Positions 61,600 through 64,000 of a stretch of DNA of 64,000 nucleotides are shown here, piece by piece. The stretch lies in IMG/VR virus record IMGVR_UViG_3300021255_002129; one strand, given 5' to 3'. Source of the DNA: a virus (taxonomy: Duplodnaviria; Heunggongvirae; Uroviricota; Caudoviricetes). Made by a program: the position numbers and the translations under genes. The notes beneath the pieces were generated by a model. The model made no database searches and had not been told where the DNA came from. It saw nothing but the letters and a program-made list of their open reading frames with translations. The first letter of the stretch is position 1; each line of letters begins with the position of its first letter.

Positions 61600-61640
61600 C
61601 TTCAATATTCTATTAGAAATATTATTTATATTTACCCAAA
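61600..61640 (-). promoter_or_regulatory. candidate late promoter element (minus strand GGGTAAATATAAATAAT) directly after the tape-measure terminator
   Basis: TATAAATA-like element in a conserved context that recurs at 52030-52060 and 38345-38370. Confidence 0.3.
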
Positions 61641-61673
61641 ATAAAAAAGAAGGTAACCTTCCGATTACCTTCT
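61638..61673 (-). terminator. rho-independent terminator overlapping the tape-measure stop codon
   Basis: GAAGGTAA...TTACCTTC hairpin with a flanking A/T tract. Confidence 0.5.
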
Positions 61674-64000
61674 GTTAGCTCTCATACTAGCCATATTAAC
61701 TAAGTTGTTTAGAGCTTCTTCTATTTCTCTTGAGTCTTTTACGTTAGGGAATTGAGCATCAATGTGAACATTTTGTTCTAATACATCTCCACCAACTTCA
61801 GTACCTAATCCTCCTGCGGTTGCCGCAGCAAGTTTTCCTAACACTGAACTTCCTAACATATTAGTTATATTTCTCATAATACTAATAGCATTTAACATAT
61901 TAGCAGTATCTTCTTTATTTAATACTAATTCCTTTTGATGTAATAGAGCTAGGCGACCATCACTTCCCCATTCGCCTGTGTATCCACCAGTATCATATCC
62001 AGATAATTGAGATTTCTTAACCCATCCAAGGTCTCTATATCTACCATCTGCACTATGAATATGAATACCATAAGGATTATTAGTAATTCTATCAACTACT
62101 ATACCATTAGCAACTCCTGAATATTTACTTCCAGTTGGACTAGAACCATAAGAGTCATAATAGTATCTACCAGAATATGTTGCGGTTTCACCTACAACTA
62201 AATTATTGTCTCCACCTAGTGCGGAACCTCCTCCAGCACCAGAGCCAGATGAGTCACTTCCTGAACCTGAACTTCCACTTCCAGATCCAGAACCTCCATT
62301 AGCATTACCGGCTGCTGCAGCAGCTTGTCTTTGTTGTTCTGACCAATATTCATAAGCAGCTTTAGTAGCAGCGATTGCCGCATCCTTAGCAGCATTATAT
62401 TTATTAACCAAATCATCAAGCTGAGCTATAACATTACCAATAGCAGTTAATTCTTGTTCATAACTATTGATTAATTCAGTATTATCACTAATTAATTGTT
62501 GAGTTCTATTGATATTTTCATCAATGCCTTCTCCAATACTTTCAAAATCAATTCTACCAGTATTTTCTAATTCATCTAATCCATCTTCATAATCTTTAGT
62601 TGCATCATGAAGTTGATCAAAGGCGTCTTTACATACTCCTAAGAATCCACCCTCCCCAGCAAACACATCAGTCATATGTTGAACTCCAGATTCCCAATAA
62701 GGTAATAAATCGCCCATTAATACATCTTTTTCTTCATCAGACATATTTTGGAAATTTGCAACATCTATATCATATAATCTAGATAAATCATTAAAAGCTG
62801 ACTCATGTAAATTATTTCTAACAGTTGTATTTTGTTCAGTTAAACCATTTATTAATTGTTCATATTGATTTTGTAATAATAGTTCTCTTTCACTTCTTGC
62901 AACTGGGTCATTGATTTGAGCGGCTTCAGCCATTTTTTCTTGGAATTCAACTCAAACGTCATACATTTGATTTAAGTTATCTTGATATCTTGCTTTATCA
63001 AAGTTATAAAGTGAATTATACATATCATTTAATTCGTCTTGTAATTGACCAATTTGGTCTCCATCCGCAGTATATTCATATCTATAATTACCTTGACTAT
63101 CTCTTCTTAATCTCATTTTAGATTTATTTTGTTGAGCTTCTTGAAGAGCAATTTGTTTTAAAGCAATTTCATATTTTTTATTAGCTCTTTCAATATCATA
63201 TTCAGTTAATTTATCTCTTTCACGTAAATCCGCAAGTTCTTCATCCATAATCTTTTTAAGTTGTCTTTGTGCGGAAATACTATCAGTTTGGTCTAAAGCA
63301 TCTAAATATTTACCTTCAAGTTTTTGAACTTCATATAATGAATTAATTGTATCTAAATATTGGTCTGCATTTTTATTAATTAAATTCCATTCTTCTTCAA
63401 TATATTCAAGTCCTAAATTATCAGTAATTTTATTATTTAAGTTTTGGAATATTAAATTAATTGCATTTAAATATTTATCTTGAAGATTTTGAATTGATTC
63501 TTCAATTAAATCATTCATTGATTGAACTGCATCAGCTCATTTTTCTCTTGCGTTTTCTCATTCATCAGAACCCTCTTCTAAAGTATCTAACTGTTGTCTC
63601 CAGAAATCCGCTTGTTGTCTTTGAAAATCTAATTGACTATTAAAGTTTTGTTGTTGTTTATCATAATATTTAGCTAATTGACTATAAGATTGTTCTCCAT
63701 ATACTAATGATATTACTTCCATATCATGTTCGATTAAATCACTAATCATTTCATATGCTTCAATTTGTTCATCAAATTTCTCTTGAGCCTCATCCATCAT
63801 ATCTATATAAGATTCATGAATTTCTTTTTGAAGTTCAAGCACGTCTGTAAGATTAGACATTAATTCTTCATAATATTTCTTTAAGTCATCTAATGCAGCA
63901 GTTCTATTATCACCATAAACATTAGACCAACCATTAGTATCCATTTGATTTAATTCAGCTAATGTATTATCTACTTGTTTTCTTAATGCTTGAACTATAC
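61665..64000 (-). CDS. tail tape-measure protein, C-terminal ~780 aa (5' end beyond window); at least two in-frame TGA
   Basis: Track ORFs 63558..63944, 62952..63518 and 61665..62933 share a frame and are bounded by TGA. Extensive coiled coil, a Gly/Ser linker 'GSGSGSGSSGSGSDSSGSGAGGG', and a true TAA stop at 61665. Confidence 0.6.

Noticed and set aside
38042-63643. Plus-strand ORFs inside the minus-strand structural module (38042..38251, 39417..39674, 52503..52763, 56906..57349, 57621..57812, 61416..61616, 62600..62782, 63461..63643) and minus ORFs 59207..59392 and 62216..62419
   Set aside because: They are antisense or out of frame relative to long, well-supported structural ORFs.
1-64000. 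Mollicute (Mycoplasma/Spiroplasma) host inferred from low GC and TGA=Trp
   Set aside because: The phage encodes a CHAP/SH3b endolysin, a holin, and peptidase- and depolymerase-bearing fibres. Its largest replication genes contain no TGA at all and use TGG. A true code-4 genome would be TGA-rich throughout.
1-64000. tRNA genes (including a possible TGA-suppressor tRNA), CRISPR arrays, integrase or repressor
   Set aside because: No cloverleaf-like segment with a GTTCRANYC T-loop was spotted in any intergenic region. No repeat-spacer array was seen. No tyrosine or serine recombinase motifs and no CI-like repressor were seen. A suppressor tRNA, if present, must lie outside this window.

Overview
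The window reads as a contiguous piece of a large, very AT-rich (roughly 25-30% GC by eye) tailed-phage genome with no sign of host chromosome. Positions 1-36762 are a rightward early/replication/nucleotide-metabolism module: a type II topoisomerase large-subunit C-terminal part (partial) and GyrA-like subunit, NAD-dependent DNA ligase, Sak4-like ATPase, DnaB-like helicase, primase, RecJ-like DHH nuclease, Dda/RecD-like helicase, DnaE-type Pol III alpha, NrdD/NrdG, peptide deformylase, dUTPase, a ThyX-like protein, a flotillin-like protein, a Stealth-family phosphotransferase with three glycosyltransferases, and a RuvC-like resolvase. At least 12 copies of one sigma-70-type promoter (TTGAYT-N17-TATAAT with extended TG) drive this module. 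Positions 36805-64000 are a leftward late/structural/lysis module: partial tape-measure protein, several very large tail/baseplate ORFs, three receptor-binding proteins sharing an N-terminal anchor (pectate-lyase-fold tailspike, M14-peptidase-domain fibre, a 72-aa stub), holin, a GIY-YIG homing-endonuclease-like gene, a CHAP + 2xSH3b endolysin, and a terminal cluster of odd low-complexity proteins. The two modules converge on a perfect bidirectional terminator at 36762-36801. The main observation is genetic-code usage. In-frame TGA must encode Trp: NrdG carries the conserved 'HNPETW' tryptophan as TGA, and the RecJ-like, ThyX-like and RuvC-like proteins, all glycosyltransferases and essentially every structural gene are continuous only if TGA is read through. 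Yet the large replication genes are TGA-free and use TGG. Together with a peptidoglycan-targeting endolysin, this argues for a stop-codon-recoded (code-4-like) phage of a cell-walled low-GC Gram-positive host rather than a Mollicute phage. All coordinates that join TGA-interrupted pieces were derived by hand from the ORF track and local reading; they should be re-called with translation table 4. No tRNA, CRISPR, integrase or repressor was recognised in the window.
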